Below, piece after piece: positions 24,864 through 35,000 of a stretch of 64,000 bases of DNA; the first letter of the stretch is position 1, and each line of letters starts with the position of its first letter. The notes below the pieces were generated by a model. That model made no database searches, was not told the origin of the DNA, and was given only the letters and a program-made list of their open reading frames with translations. This DNA comes from Rhizaria sp. SCN 62-66 (lineage: Eukaryota), in assembly GCA_001724265.1 (NCBI GenBank), contig MEDY01000080.1:1-64000 (forward strand), given 5' to 3'. Made by a program: the position numbers and the translations under genes.

Positions 24864-25547
24864 ATGAGCAGCGACGAGAGCTCTGTTCTCCCCAGCCAGT
24901 CGGCGTCCAGCGACGTGATTGCGATCGAGCGCATGCTCCAGACGGCGGGCATCGACCGCTACGACCCGCACGTCGTTAGCCAGCTCCTCGAGCTCGCCTC
25001 GCGCATGACCCGCGAGCTCCTCGTCGACGCCGACGACCTCCGCGAGCACGCACACACAGCCGCGGGCGGCGCCGCCTCGGGTGCCGGCGTCGCGGTCGGC
25101 GCGGAGCGGCCCCCCGTTGACGTACGTGACGTACAGGCCGCGGACGCCATGCGCGCGTATGCCACGCCCGTCGCACCCACCATCACCCAGGTACGCGTCC
25201 ACAATACTTGCGTTAGACACCACAAACAACCTTCGTATTGCCTCTCCGAACCCCGAATCCACACATCAACTCGCTTCCTCACTCTTTGAAACCTCGTCTC
25301 TTCCTCTGCATTGCTGTCTCTTTCTGTCTGCCCCATATAGATGCGCGAGCAGGCGGCCGCGCGCCGCAACCAGCAGCCGCTGCCGCGTGTGCCGGCCCGG
25401 CCGGGTGTGATCCTGCCCGCGCGCGCCCTCACCTCGGGGCTGGCCCAGAACTACACCGTGACCGTGCCCACGCCCGCGGTCGTCGCCGCACCCGCTGCCG
25501 CAGCGGGTGCCGCGACGGTGGGCTCGGGCGTGAGCGCGGACTCGTGA
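24864..25547 (+). CDS. TAF9: TFIID/SAGA subunit TAF9 (histone fold); exons 24864-25190 and 25341-25547
   Basis: DVIAIERMLQTAGIDRYDPHVVSQLLELASRMTRELLVDADDLREHA and A..RNQQPLP…PGVILP…NY match TAF9. 150-nt phase-0 intron GTACGC…ATATAG. Ends at TGA. Confidence 0.88.
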
Positions 25548-25776
25548 GCTCTGTCTAGCTGGATGGATACAGGCGCACTCACTGTGATGAACAATGAGTG
25601 TGAGTGATATCTATCTTGATGTGAACTCATGCGACGACATATCAACGAGCTTTATCGTGTTTTACAGTGTTTTATAGTGTATTCTTTGTTTGTGATTTGT
25701 TTTTTTCAGTATATTGGTAATGTAGTTGATTTGTTTAATCTTGGCGCCGACACCGTCGTCTTGCATCGCATCGCAA

Positions 25777-25822
25777 CACAGCACAGCACAGCACAGCACA
25801 GCACAGCACAGCACAGTACAGT
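25777..25822. repeat. (CACAG)n pentanucleotide microsatellite between convergent TAF9 and AP-1 sigma genes
   Basis: About seven perfect CACAG units followed by degenerate TACAG units. Confidence 0.9.
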
Positions 25823-26247
25823 AAGCTTACAGTAAAATGTAAATGTACCTGTCGCTGTGCAGTGCATGCGAGGCAGGCTCGGTCGCCACGGGGGCTACGT
25901 AGTATATAGTTTGAGTGTTCTTGGCACATGTAGTCACAATGGTCGTGCGGATATGCGCATGTGCGAGAAAGCGAGCAAAGCACGGCATGCCACTGCAACT
26001 GGTACAGCCAGCCAACGCGACAGTGATGATCAGGGCCGAGAGCGAACTGCAGAATACAGAACCGAATTTGAGCGATTTGTCTTCAAGCAAGAACATAGAG
26101 TGAGATTCAACTCACACATATCATCAGGTGCTGATTACGTATCATCAAGCGCACACTGTCACTTCGTTTACACGCGCTTGTCATAGACGCGTTGGCGTGA
26201 CACTGCATGTTGTCCGTCCATCCTCTGGTTAGTTTAGCTTACATGGC

Positions 26248-26904
26248 TTAGTACATGAAGCCGGAGCGCTTGAGCGAGGCCTCGAGGAGCTCGGCGTGCT
26301 TCTTGCCGTCCTGCGCGTACGACGGCGACATCATGATGTCCTGCGTCGCACATGCCTTGAGAACCTGTTTCTTGCTCGACTCCTGTAGTTCGCCGCCCAG
26401 CAGCAGCTCGTCGAGGATGAAGTAGGCGCGATGGAAGTTGAAGATAAGATCGAGCTCACAGACGTTGCCGAAGTAGCGATCGAGGATCTCGACGAAGTGG
26501 TGGATCGTCTCGAGATGCAGCAGCTCGTTGTCGTCGTTGTCAACGAAGGCCACGAAGCACAGGGAGGCGTAGCGCTTGTAGACGAGCTTGCCGTCTTTCC
26601 ACTCAATGAAGTTGCACATCTTGCTGCGGCGCTTCAGAACCTTGCCGCACACTGAGATAAGCGCGGAACAAAGCAAACATGGAAAGTGACACACAGGGGG
26701 AGCGGGTAAAACAGTGAGCAATTGGGAAGACAAAAACAAGTCAACTGAAAGATGAAGCTTTGGTCGAGAGGATAGTTGTGGTAGAGAGAGAAAAAACGTA
26801 CCCTCGCGAGTGATGGCCTGCTGCGTCTTCTTGTCGTAGGGATGGTACCACTTCGAGAGGCGGACCTTACCCTGACGGCTGACGAGAAGCATGAAGCGAA
26901 TCAT
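26248..26904 (-). CDS. AP1S: AP-1 clathrin adaptor complex small (sigma-1) subunit; exons 26904-26802 and 26651-26248
   Basis: MIRFMLLVSRQGKVRLSKWY…MCNFIEWK…VYKRYASL…DNELL.LE.IHHFVEILDRYFGNVCELDLIFNF. A 150-nt in-frame intron GTACGT…TCTCAG explains the foreign insert in the ORF track. Ends at TAA with a second TAA three codons later. Confidence 0.96.
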   Translation of the reverse strand: MIRFMLLVSRQGKVRLSKWYHPYDKKTQQAITREGTFFLSLPQLSSRPKLHLSVDLFLSSQLLTVLPAPPVCHFPCLLCSALISVCGKVLKRRSKMCNFIEWKDGKLVYKRYASLCFVAFVDNDDNELLHLETIHHFVEILDRYFGNVCELDLIFNFHRAYFILDELLLGGELQESSKKQVLKACATQDIMMSPSYAQDGKKHAELLEASLKRSGFMY

Positions 26905-27691
26905 GTTTGCCGACCTGAGCGAGAGTTGTGGGTGAAATAACGAAGAGGGAGGAGGGAAAGTGGTATAGTGGATGAGGAAGAACGTCAACAGACAAGTACA
27001 CAGTATGTGAATGTAGAATTGATACTAATTCTTCGAATTTTCCGTGTGCCATTTCTAAAGCACACATTGGAAGAGCTGTATCTGTGCCACACGAGATTCA
27101 GGCGACGAGGCAGCAATGGGGACTGTTGAGCAGAAACGACGAGCCGATGCAAGATGTAGATACCACTGACTAGGATTGTAATAAAGTGGATAGAGGCATG
27201 CGCATGCCAATTGCCCCGAGAACAAACCAGTCCATAAAGTGATGATGGCAAGTTCTCAAATATCCATGTCTTTTACCTCTGAGTCACCTTGCCCGAGTGA
27301 CCGTGAGTCGCCCTTTGCTGTGGGAGACATCTGTGGCTGAGGATGTTCCCCAGTTGATATCTCGAAATCACATCATTCAATCGGATTGCAGCTGGCATTC
27401 CCAGATTTTCCTAAATGTTGTTCGCGTTTTTTGTTAATAATACTTTCACTGGTAATTGTGATCCTTCCGAAATCTTGATTGCAAGCCCTCAGTTCGCCGT
27501 CGTTTTCCATCGTTCGATCTTGCATCTGATGATGCCCAGCACTATCGTGTCAAGCCATACGGCTTAATTAGCTTACTTATGTTATTTACTACACGTGTTT
27601 CTACGTTCCTTTGCCACAGAACTGCTAAATCACTTCAAGAGCTCCGTCAACCGCCCGACATCTCGTCAGCTCCTTGTTGCAGCGCCCCCCC

Positions 27692-30600
27692 ATGCCCCCC
27701 CGCCGCGGCCCCTCGCAGGCCTCCGCCGCGGCCTCTGAGGACCGCGCCCCCGCGCCGGCCCCCGCAGCCGCGTCACCAGCGCCAGTGTTTGCGCCCGTAG
27801 ACGCGATCGCGCAGTACGAGCGCGTGGGCATCCTGGGCGCGCGCGCGGCGGGCCACGCCTGGGCGCCCTCGCTGCTAATCGGCGGCGTCGTCCTGGGCCT
27901 CTACGTCTACACCGCCTTCCCCTCGCTCTCCGGCGGCGACTCGGGCGAGCTCATCAACACGACCTGCCAGCTCGCCGTTGCGCACCCGCCCGGGTACCCG
28001 ACCTACACGCTGCTGGGGTGGCTCGCGCACCGGCTCATCCCCAACGCCGTCGCCGCCGACCCCGCGCGCCGCATGAACCTGCTCTGCTGCCTCGAGGGCG
28101 CGTTGGCGGCCGTGTTCATCCACCTCGCCGCCACGCGCCTGTCGGTTACGCGTTCGCCGCTTGTCGCCGCCGTCGCCGCGCTGGGCTTCGCCTTCTCGCC
28201 CACCGTCTGGCTGTACTCGATCCAGGGCGAGGTCTTCGCGCTCAACAACATGCTCTGCGCACTGATGCTCTTTCTTACCGTGCGCTTCTTCCATCACGAG
28301 CAGGTCCTCCTCGAGGCGCGCGCGCGCGACGCACTCAATCCCGCCGCCGCCGCTGCCGCTGCGGCGAACGCTGCGCCCGCGCTCAAGAGCGCCGCCACCG
28401 CTGTAGCGGTGTCATCGTCTAAAGCAAGCGCGGGCGCAGGCTTGGCGCTGCCGCCGTCGCCAGTGATGTCGATCCACGACCTGCTGTCCAATCCGGGCTC
28501 TTTCGACGGCCCCGGTGGCGCCGCGAGCGCGGGCATCGGCGACAGCTCCGTCAACGGCTTAGCGGGCGCGGATCTGACCTCCGCCGCTGCGCTGCTCTCG
28601 GCGCCGCAACGGCTGTACTCGTCTTCGTCCTCCGCGGCGCGCGCGCTGTGCGGCACGGCCGTGCTGGGCGCCTTTGTCTGCGGGCTAGCCATGAGCAACC
28701 AGCACACGACCGTGTTCTACGTCATGGTCACGGTGCTCGCCGTCACCGCGACGCTCTTCGCGCGCGGCGTGCTTACGGTCAGGCTTACTGTCGCGCTCTC
28801 GGTTGCGCTGCTGCTGGGCATGCTGCCGTACATCTACATGCCGTTGGCGGCTGCCGCGAAGCCCTTCGACTCGTGGGGCGACCAGCGCACGCTGGCGGGC
28901 TTCGCGACGCACTTCTTCCGTCGCGAGTACGGCACCTTTCAGCTGGCCTCGGGCGACCACGAGGACCCCGGCATGGTGACGCGCCTGGGCGTCTACGTTG
29001 CCAGCATCATGCGCGAGTCTCTCTACGCCGGGCCTCCGCTCGCGCTTGCCGGGTTGGCCTTTACGCTCGGAGCGCGCTCGACGCCACGGCACCGCGCCGC
29101 GTGGCGCGCTACGGCCACAGGACTCGCCGGGTACGCGCTCTACGTCGCCGTGTTCCATCGCCTCGCCAACCTCGAGGTGTCCCCGCTGCTCGTCGGCGTG
29201 CAGGCGCGCTTCTGGATGCAGGCCAACATGTACGTCTTCCTCTGGGCCGCGCTCGGCCTCGAGGCGCTCATCTTGCTCGCCGTCGCTGCCACAGAGCCCG
29301 CGCTGACGGCGCCGCTCACGGCCGCGCTCGCCGCGCCGGGCGCCGCTGCGGCTGCGGCGGCCGCGGGCGTGCCCGCTGCAGCGCGCGCGCTGCTGCGGCT
29401 GCCTGCTGTGGGGCCTCCGCTGGCGGCGCGGCTGCTGCTTGCCGTGAGCGCCGACCCGGGCACTGAGTTCTACCCCACGTTGCTGGCGCTGAGGGCCCGC
29501 GGACTCGTCTCGCTCACCGGGCTCGACTCGCAGGGCGCGCTGGCGGGGCCGCCTGCGATTACGGTGGCGGGCAGCGCGCGCGCGCGCAAGGTGAGGATCG
29601 ACGCGGATGACGACGACGCTCACAATGGCAACGACGACGACGGTGACAACGACGGCGCGCGGTCCATGGCCGTGGCGTCGCCTCTCAGCGCCGCTGCCGC
29701 GTTGACCGCATCCGCTGCCACGATTCGCAACCGCGGGAGCAACAATAACAACAACAATAACAACAACAACAACAACAACAACTTAAGCCGCAGCGGTAAC
29801 AACAGCAAGAACAGCAACAACTACAGCGGCGGCAGTAACGGTAAGCTCGGCGACGCGCGCAGTGCGCTGGTCGGCGCAATGCTGCGCTCCGGCAGCGCCC
29901 TGCGCGCGCTGCCCGCTCTGCGCGGGTTGCTTGTGCTGACGTCGGTGTTGCTGTGCGTGGCGCAGGGCTGGGCGTGGTTTGAGCGCTCCGACCAGCACGA
30001 CACCAACGTACTTAACTCGGTCGGCAAGATCGTGCTGGCGTCTTTCCCCAGCGAGGCTGTGGTGCTGCTCAACGGCGACCTCAACAATAACATGCTCAAG
30101 TACCGCCAGACGTGTCTCGGCGAGCGCACGGACATCGACCTCATCTCGCTGCAGCTCATGTCGTGGGAGTGGTTCGTCGAGATGCAGCAGCACCATTACC
30201 CGCGCACGCGCTTCCCGGGCCACCGGTACCACCCATACGTCGCCGGCGCATTCTCCATGGAGCAGTTCCTCGACGCCAACCGCGGCCGCGAGGTCTTTGT
30301 CTGTGGCTCATGGAAGGACGGCGACCGCTCGCAACTGGCGCGCTACGCCACGCTGCCCTTCGGGCTCTGCAACCGCGTCTTTCCGGTCCCCCAGCTGCCG
30401 CGCGGCAAGGCGCTGGCCAAGTTCCTCCAGCAATCGCTGCTGGCGTTGCCGAAGCTTGCCGAGCTGGAGGCCTACGACGCCGACAAATACAACGAGGAGA
30501 CGTGGGAGCACGTAGCCTTCAAGGACCTGGTGCAGCGCCTCGCGTTCGTGACGTCGCTGACGTCGTTTGAGGCCAACAAGGCGATGGAGGAGCCCGCGCT

Positions 30601-31111
30601 GTTGCTGCTCGCGCGCGCGGCCGTGGACGAGTCGTTCCGCCCGCAGCAGCTCGCGCTCATGACGCGCTTCGCCGCGCTGGGCGCGGAGGACTTCCGCGCG
30701 GGTGGGATCGTGCAGGGCCAGTTCTCGGACCGGCTGCAGAAGCAGTTCCGCGCCAAGCACCCCTCGGCGGGCGCGCTCGACGCGCGGACCGAACGCGGCA
30801 TGCTCGAGGCCGAGAGGCGCATGTTTTACCTCTGGGACATTGCCGTGCAGCTGGGGTTGCGTGAGCTGGAGCCTTTCGTCACGCGCCGCTTCAACCCCTA
30901 CGCGAGCCGCGCGCTGCCGGCGGAGCTGGTGGCGGAGCTCGACGTGCTGGCCGAGATGCCGCGCGCGCCCGCGCTGCTGGTGCCGACGCATTCCAGCACG
31001 GGCGGACCAGCTGGGCCTCGCGCCGCGCGCCCGCTGGCGCTGAACCCGTTTGACCCTGCGTACGAGGACGAGCTCAAGCTCGCCAGGAACACGCGCTGGG
31101 ACGCCAACTGA
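27692..31111 (+). CDS. TMEM260: TMEM260-like (DUF2723) GT-C-fold protein O-mannosyltransferase with low-complexity insertions
   Basis: GGDSGEL…VAHPPGYP.YTLLG, FAFSPTVWLYSIQGEVFALNN, L..SNQHT, WGDQRT..GF..HF.R.EYGTFQL, RFWMQ; multiple TM segments. Ends at TGA. Confidence 0.92.
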   Translation: MPPRRGPSQASAAASEDRAPAPAPAAASPAPVFAPVDAIAQYERVGILGARAAGHAWAPSLLIGGVVLGLYVYTAFPSLSGGDSGELINTTCQLAVAHPPGYPTYTLLGWLAHRLIPNAVAADPARRMNLLCCLEGALAAVFIHLAATRLSVTRSPLVAAVAALGFAFSPTVWLYSIQGEVFALNNMLCALMLFLTVRFFHHEQVLLEARARDALNPAAAAAAAANAAPALKSAATAVAVSSSKASAGAGLALPPSPVMSIHDLLSNPGSFDGPGGAASAGIGDSSVNGLAGADLTSAAALLSAPQRLYSSSSSAARALCGTAVLGAFVCGLAMSNQHTTVFYVMVTVLAVTATLFARGVLTVRLTVALSVALLLGMLPYIYMPLAAAAKPFDSWGDQRTLAGFATHFFRREYGTFQLASGDHEDPGMVTRLGVYVASIMRESLYAGPPLALAGLAFTLGARSTPRHRAAWRATATGLAGYALYVAVFHRLANLEVSPLLVGVQARFWMQANMYVFLWAALGLEALILLAVAATEPALTAPLTAALAAPGAAAAAAAAGVPAAARALLRLPAVGPPLAARLLLAVSADPGTEFYPTLLALRARGLVSLTGLDSQGALAGPPAITVAGSARARKVRIDADDDDAHNGNDDDGDNDGARSMAVASPLSAAAALTASAATIRNRGSNNNNNNNNNNNNNNLSRSGNNSKNSNNYSGGSNGKLGDARSALVGAMLRSGSALRALPALRGLLVLTSVLLCVAQGWAWFERSDQHDTNVLNSVGKIVLASFPSEAVVLLNGDLNNNMLKYRQTCLGERTDIDLISLQLMSWEWFVEMQQHHYPRTRFPGHRYHPYVAGAFSMEQFLDANRGREVFVCGSWKDGDRSQLARYATLPFGLCNRVFPVPQLPRGKALAKFLQQSLLALPKLAELEAYDADKYNEETWEHVAFKDLVQRLAFVTSLTSFEANKAMEEPALLLLARAAVDESFRPQQLALMTRFAALGAEDFRAGGIVQGQFSDRLQKQFRAKHPSAGALDARTERGMLEAERRMFYLWDIAVQLGLRELEPFVTRRFNPYASRALPAELVAELDVLAEMPRAPALLVPTHSSTGGPAGPRAARPLALNPFDPAYEDELKLARNTRWDAN
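29741..29840 (+). repeat. AAC/AAT tract encoding a poly-Asn insertion in TMEM260
   Basis: Directly visible; 14 consecutive Asn codons followed by an N/S/G-rich stretch. Confidence 0.9.
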
Positions 31112-32091
31112 GTGAAGATCAGCAAGACGCAGTCGCGTGTTTTCACGACGTTCACTTTATTGATTAGGATTTAGTAAGTTTGATTTAGGACATTTTTCTC
31201 TATTATATGTACAAATGTACATATATATGTAAAAGCTACCTATCATGTCTGTATGCTTATTTATGTTGTTGTCTCATACTTTTCGCGACCTCGCATAGTA
31301 GCAATATCTTCTTGTATTATTACAAGGCTGTGGAGGCATCAGATGCTTCGATATTAGACTGTTACTGCAACACAGGGTCGAATTGAACTTTCTGTGTCTC
31401 TATGCACAATCCCTTGTTGTATATCATCTCCCCTTATCTTACTGGTGTTGTTTGTTTCTGTTTGACTTCCACAGAAGAATACAATTTCTGTCTTGTTGAG
31501 CATGAAAGTTACATGCAATATAGGAGCTGCACCGGACGATATGATAGGTATACGAGATTGTGTTTTTACGCATATTATTGAAGAGAAAATTGCGTGTTAA
31601 TTATGTTCTTGAGCTTGAAAAGTGGTTTGTGGTGAACTAGCCAGGTGACCGTTAGCAGGGACAGGCTCCTAGTAGGAGACCCGAGCCGAAGCGTGAACAG
31701 GAGGTGGGTTCATTTTATGGGTAGTTTCGATGCCCACACAACTCTTGATTGGAAGTGTTGAGCGGATATATGTGTGTTTTGGTGGTAAATTATTTTAAGC
31801 GCGCGTTTCTTTGACCCGTGACGACGCACTTATCTATCTTTTTGACGTGATGTTCCCTGTCTCATTTCCCCCTGTTGCCCTCCCCTGTTCTCGGGATGTA
31901 CAGAAGACTCTGCCTTTTCCCTCAGTGTGTCCCTGGACATCACTCCGACACAAAGCCTCGGTTTGTATCCTACAGGGACTTGGCACATGCCTTTCGCAGT
32001 CCTAAGCGACTCACAGAAGACGCCTTGCGCGTCCTCCGTGGTGAGGCCACCGCTCCTCGAACTGACTAACCTCGGCGAGTGTCCCACCGCC

Positions 32092-35000
32092 ATGCTTGGC
32101 TCTCCGCAATGTTTGCGCCAAAAGACGTGGTATGCTCTGACTGCGTGGCTCTTCTGCGTTGTTGTCTTTAGCATGTTTGCTGGGCTGGCTGATGCTCTTC
32201 CTGTTACGAGTACGTCCTTCCCATCATGAAACCCGGCCGGTGTGTTGCAACAGTTTTGATTGACTGAACCTCACACGTTGACTGACCTGACATCCCTGCT
32301 TATTGTGAGACTATTTTTCGTTCTGCGTGTTTTGCCTCCCATCCTATCTCCAGCCAATGGCAATGCCGTCCTCAGCCGAAACGCGAACTCGCCGTCAACT
32401 AAGTTTGGCATTGGCACGAAGACTTGTAGCCTTAGCGTTGACTCCAGCGTTGCCTTAGCCCCTGCTTCACTGCATATCGATTTCACCGGCTTTGACGGTG
32501 CTGCCTTCCTAACACGCGAGTCTGACCCTGAACTCTGGATTGAGGAGCTCCCTCTTAACGGGGAGGGCAGCTCGGCGTCATCGCTCTTCACCGGCCCGAT
32601 TCGGACATCAACGACCAGTGACCCAAATTTCACAGAAGCATGTACTGGCATGATTGGCGACATCTCTGTTTCGTTTACCGTATTGCTGGACATCTCCGCT
32701 CGCAAGCTCATTCTGCGGCCGCCGACAGCTGGTGTGGGTGGCTTTCTGTCGGTGCTCAACGAAGCTATTGCGGCTAATGGCGACCGCAACGATAATAACA
32801 TCGGTCTCAACCTCGTGTGCTCGGGCTTCGCCGTGCCGGCGGAGGTTCTTGGGACCCACCGTCAGCTGAAAGTGTCGCTTAAAACAACAACCTCTGGGGT
32901 GCAGATGGCCAACCCCCACTGCGTGTTTCTGGCGCCGCCGAAGCCGGAGCTTCTCGGTTCACTTGTGGCGACGATCGACGTGCCTGAGATTGCCACGGGC
33001 ATCTACAGCACCGCGCTTACGCTCGTCTTTGCCGTGCGCAACATGGCTGTGGACGAAGCCACGTGGGTGAGGTTTACGCATGCCGAGCAATTTACCATCG
33101 ACGATATGACCGTTACGCTTGGCTCGTGCAAGCTCACGCAAGGGAGCGTCGAGTACTTAAACATTTTCGAGGCCGGAATTACGAGCCCAACATTCTTGAT
33201 TCCCGCGCTTGGCTTTGCTGATAACACGCCCATCACTCTCATGTGCCCCCTGAAAGGCTCGTACACGATGTATAACTACGGCGGCGCATACAAGAGCCTC
33301 ACCGTTCAGCTGATGCGGACGTCTCCGACCAGCTCGACGTGGACCGAAGCACTCTCCTTGACCGTACAGCCGGAGTTTGCGCCCATCACGCTCGCGCACC
33401 GCTCGTCACACTGCATTTACAGGCTTGGAATGGGTGTTGCGTGCACGCTTCTCGGCCGGCTCACAGGACCGAGTGGTGTCTCCGGGCACCCCAACGACTG
33501 GGCTGTTGTCAAGGCCAAGGTCGAGATCTCGGACGCGAATCTCGATTCTGTAACCTTGACGGCGAAGTGTGTCTTGGCGTTTGTTGACCACACTGCACAA
33601 ACGTACAACAGTATGTCGCTTAATACTGTGACATTCAGTGGGACCTCCTTGATTGCTGAGGGCCAAGCCACCAACGAAGTGCTCGCGGCTGTTCAGTCCA
33701 ACGCACACATCGCGCTTACATGCTATGATATTGCGACCCTTGCAGACAACCTGGTAGCGCCGCAAATGTCGGTCACTCTTGGCTTTGCAAGTGCCGCCTT
33801 TGAGAGGCAGGTGACTGTCAGCCAGCCGTTATCAGTCACCATGACCACCACCCCCAGTACGGACGCCGCGGCAGGCACCATTGGTGGCATTGGCTTTATC
33901 AATATCATTCCGATTGAGGACGTGAATTTCGGTGCTCTCATTCCTCATCCGATCGCTGATGGCACGGCGACCGTCTATGATATTAAACTCACAAACACGT
34001 ATTACATCTATAGCGGTGGACCGGCTTTGTCCGCTGATTGCTCGGTGCACCACCCTGATGATACAACGACTACCGCTACAGTGACTGCTCCCACGTTAGG
34101 GGCGCCCAACCTTCTCATCAAGGTGGCCGGCAACCCGGCGCAAAGCGATGGATTTGCGTATCTTAAGTGCAAGTTTGATATGTTGCCTTTCACTCCACTC
34201 GCATGGGTCGCCGCTTCGCGCAACATCACTGATCCGGCTCACTTCCTTGCCGCGGACGCTGCAGACAACGACAGTGTTGGTCACTACACCGAGGTCATCA
34301 CCGACGGCTTTGTCTCAGCGGGCACGCTCAGCGCGACGATCTGGGACGAACCGAGCGGCCACAGCCGCTACATTCACTTGGTGGTGTCGTCGTCGGTGAA
34401 CCTCTTTGCAGGCGTGACCAAGCTGACCATCAGGCTTAACTACCCGGCCTACGTACCGTCGTCGACGGAGACGATTGACACATCGGACCCTCCCAAGATC
34501 TATTGCCTCGACGCTGACGCGGGAGTTAACGTCCTTCTGTCGCCACTGACGGCCGAGTTTCTTGCCGGGAACTATCTGTACAACATGATGTATCAATTAA
34601 GCTAGGATATTGTTTGTAAGACGTTGTGGCTGCGTGTTGCTGCGAATGCCGAGATGATTGCTTACGACAACAAAATGCATTTTGCCACCTCGCATCTCTC
34701 ACTTTCTGCGCACAATTGGACCGTCGCCGAGGTTGTGTCGTACAATGCCTACAAGCAGCGGCACCCTATCTTATTTGAGAACATCGGCCAGGGTGATATG
34801 ATGGCGCTTCAGTTTCCAGGCACCCCTAACAAGGCCATTTTTTCGTTGACATCTTTTGCCCCGTCCTCTGACTCGGCAATGTCGATCCAGATGCAGGTGC
34901 CTTCACAGATCTCGATCATCGAGTGTACGTTTCTCTATACTTATTACAGCGCTACGACGCAGCTAGACGTGCCTGATGAGATTGTGTTCACGGCCACGTC

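Noticed and set aside
26652-26801. Apparent 50-aa insertion in AP-1 sigma in the ORF track
   Set aside because: It is a stop-free 150-nt GTACGT…CAG intron; removal restores the canonical sequence.
2926-34605. Pseudogene explanation for the TAG-interrupted genes
   Set aside because: Each gene has exactly one lesion, always TAG, with no frameshifts or TGA/TAA over thousands of codons. Random decay in this CpG-rich DNA should also give TGA stops and indels.
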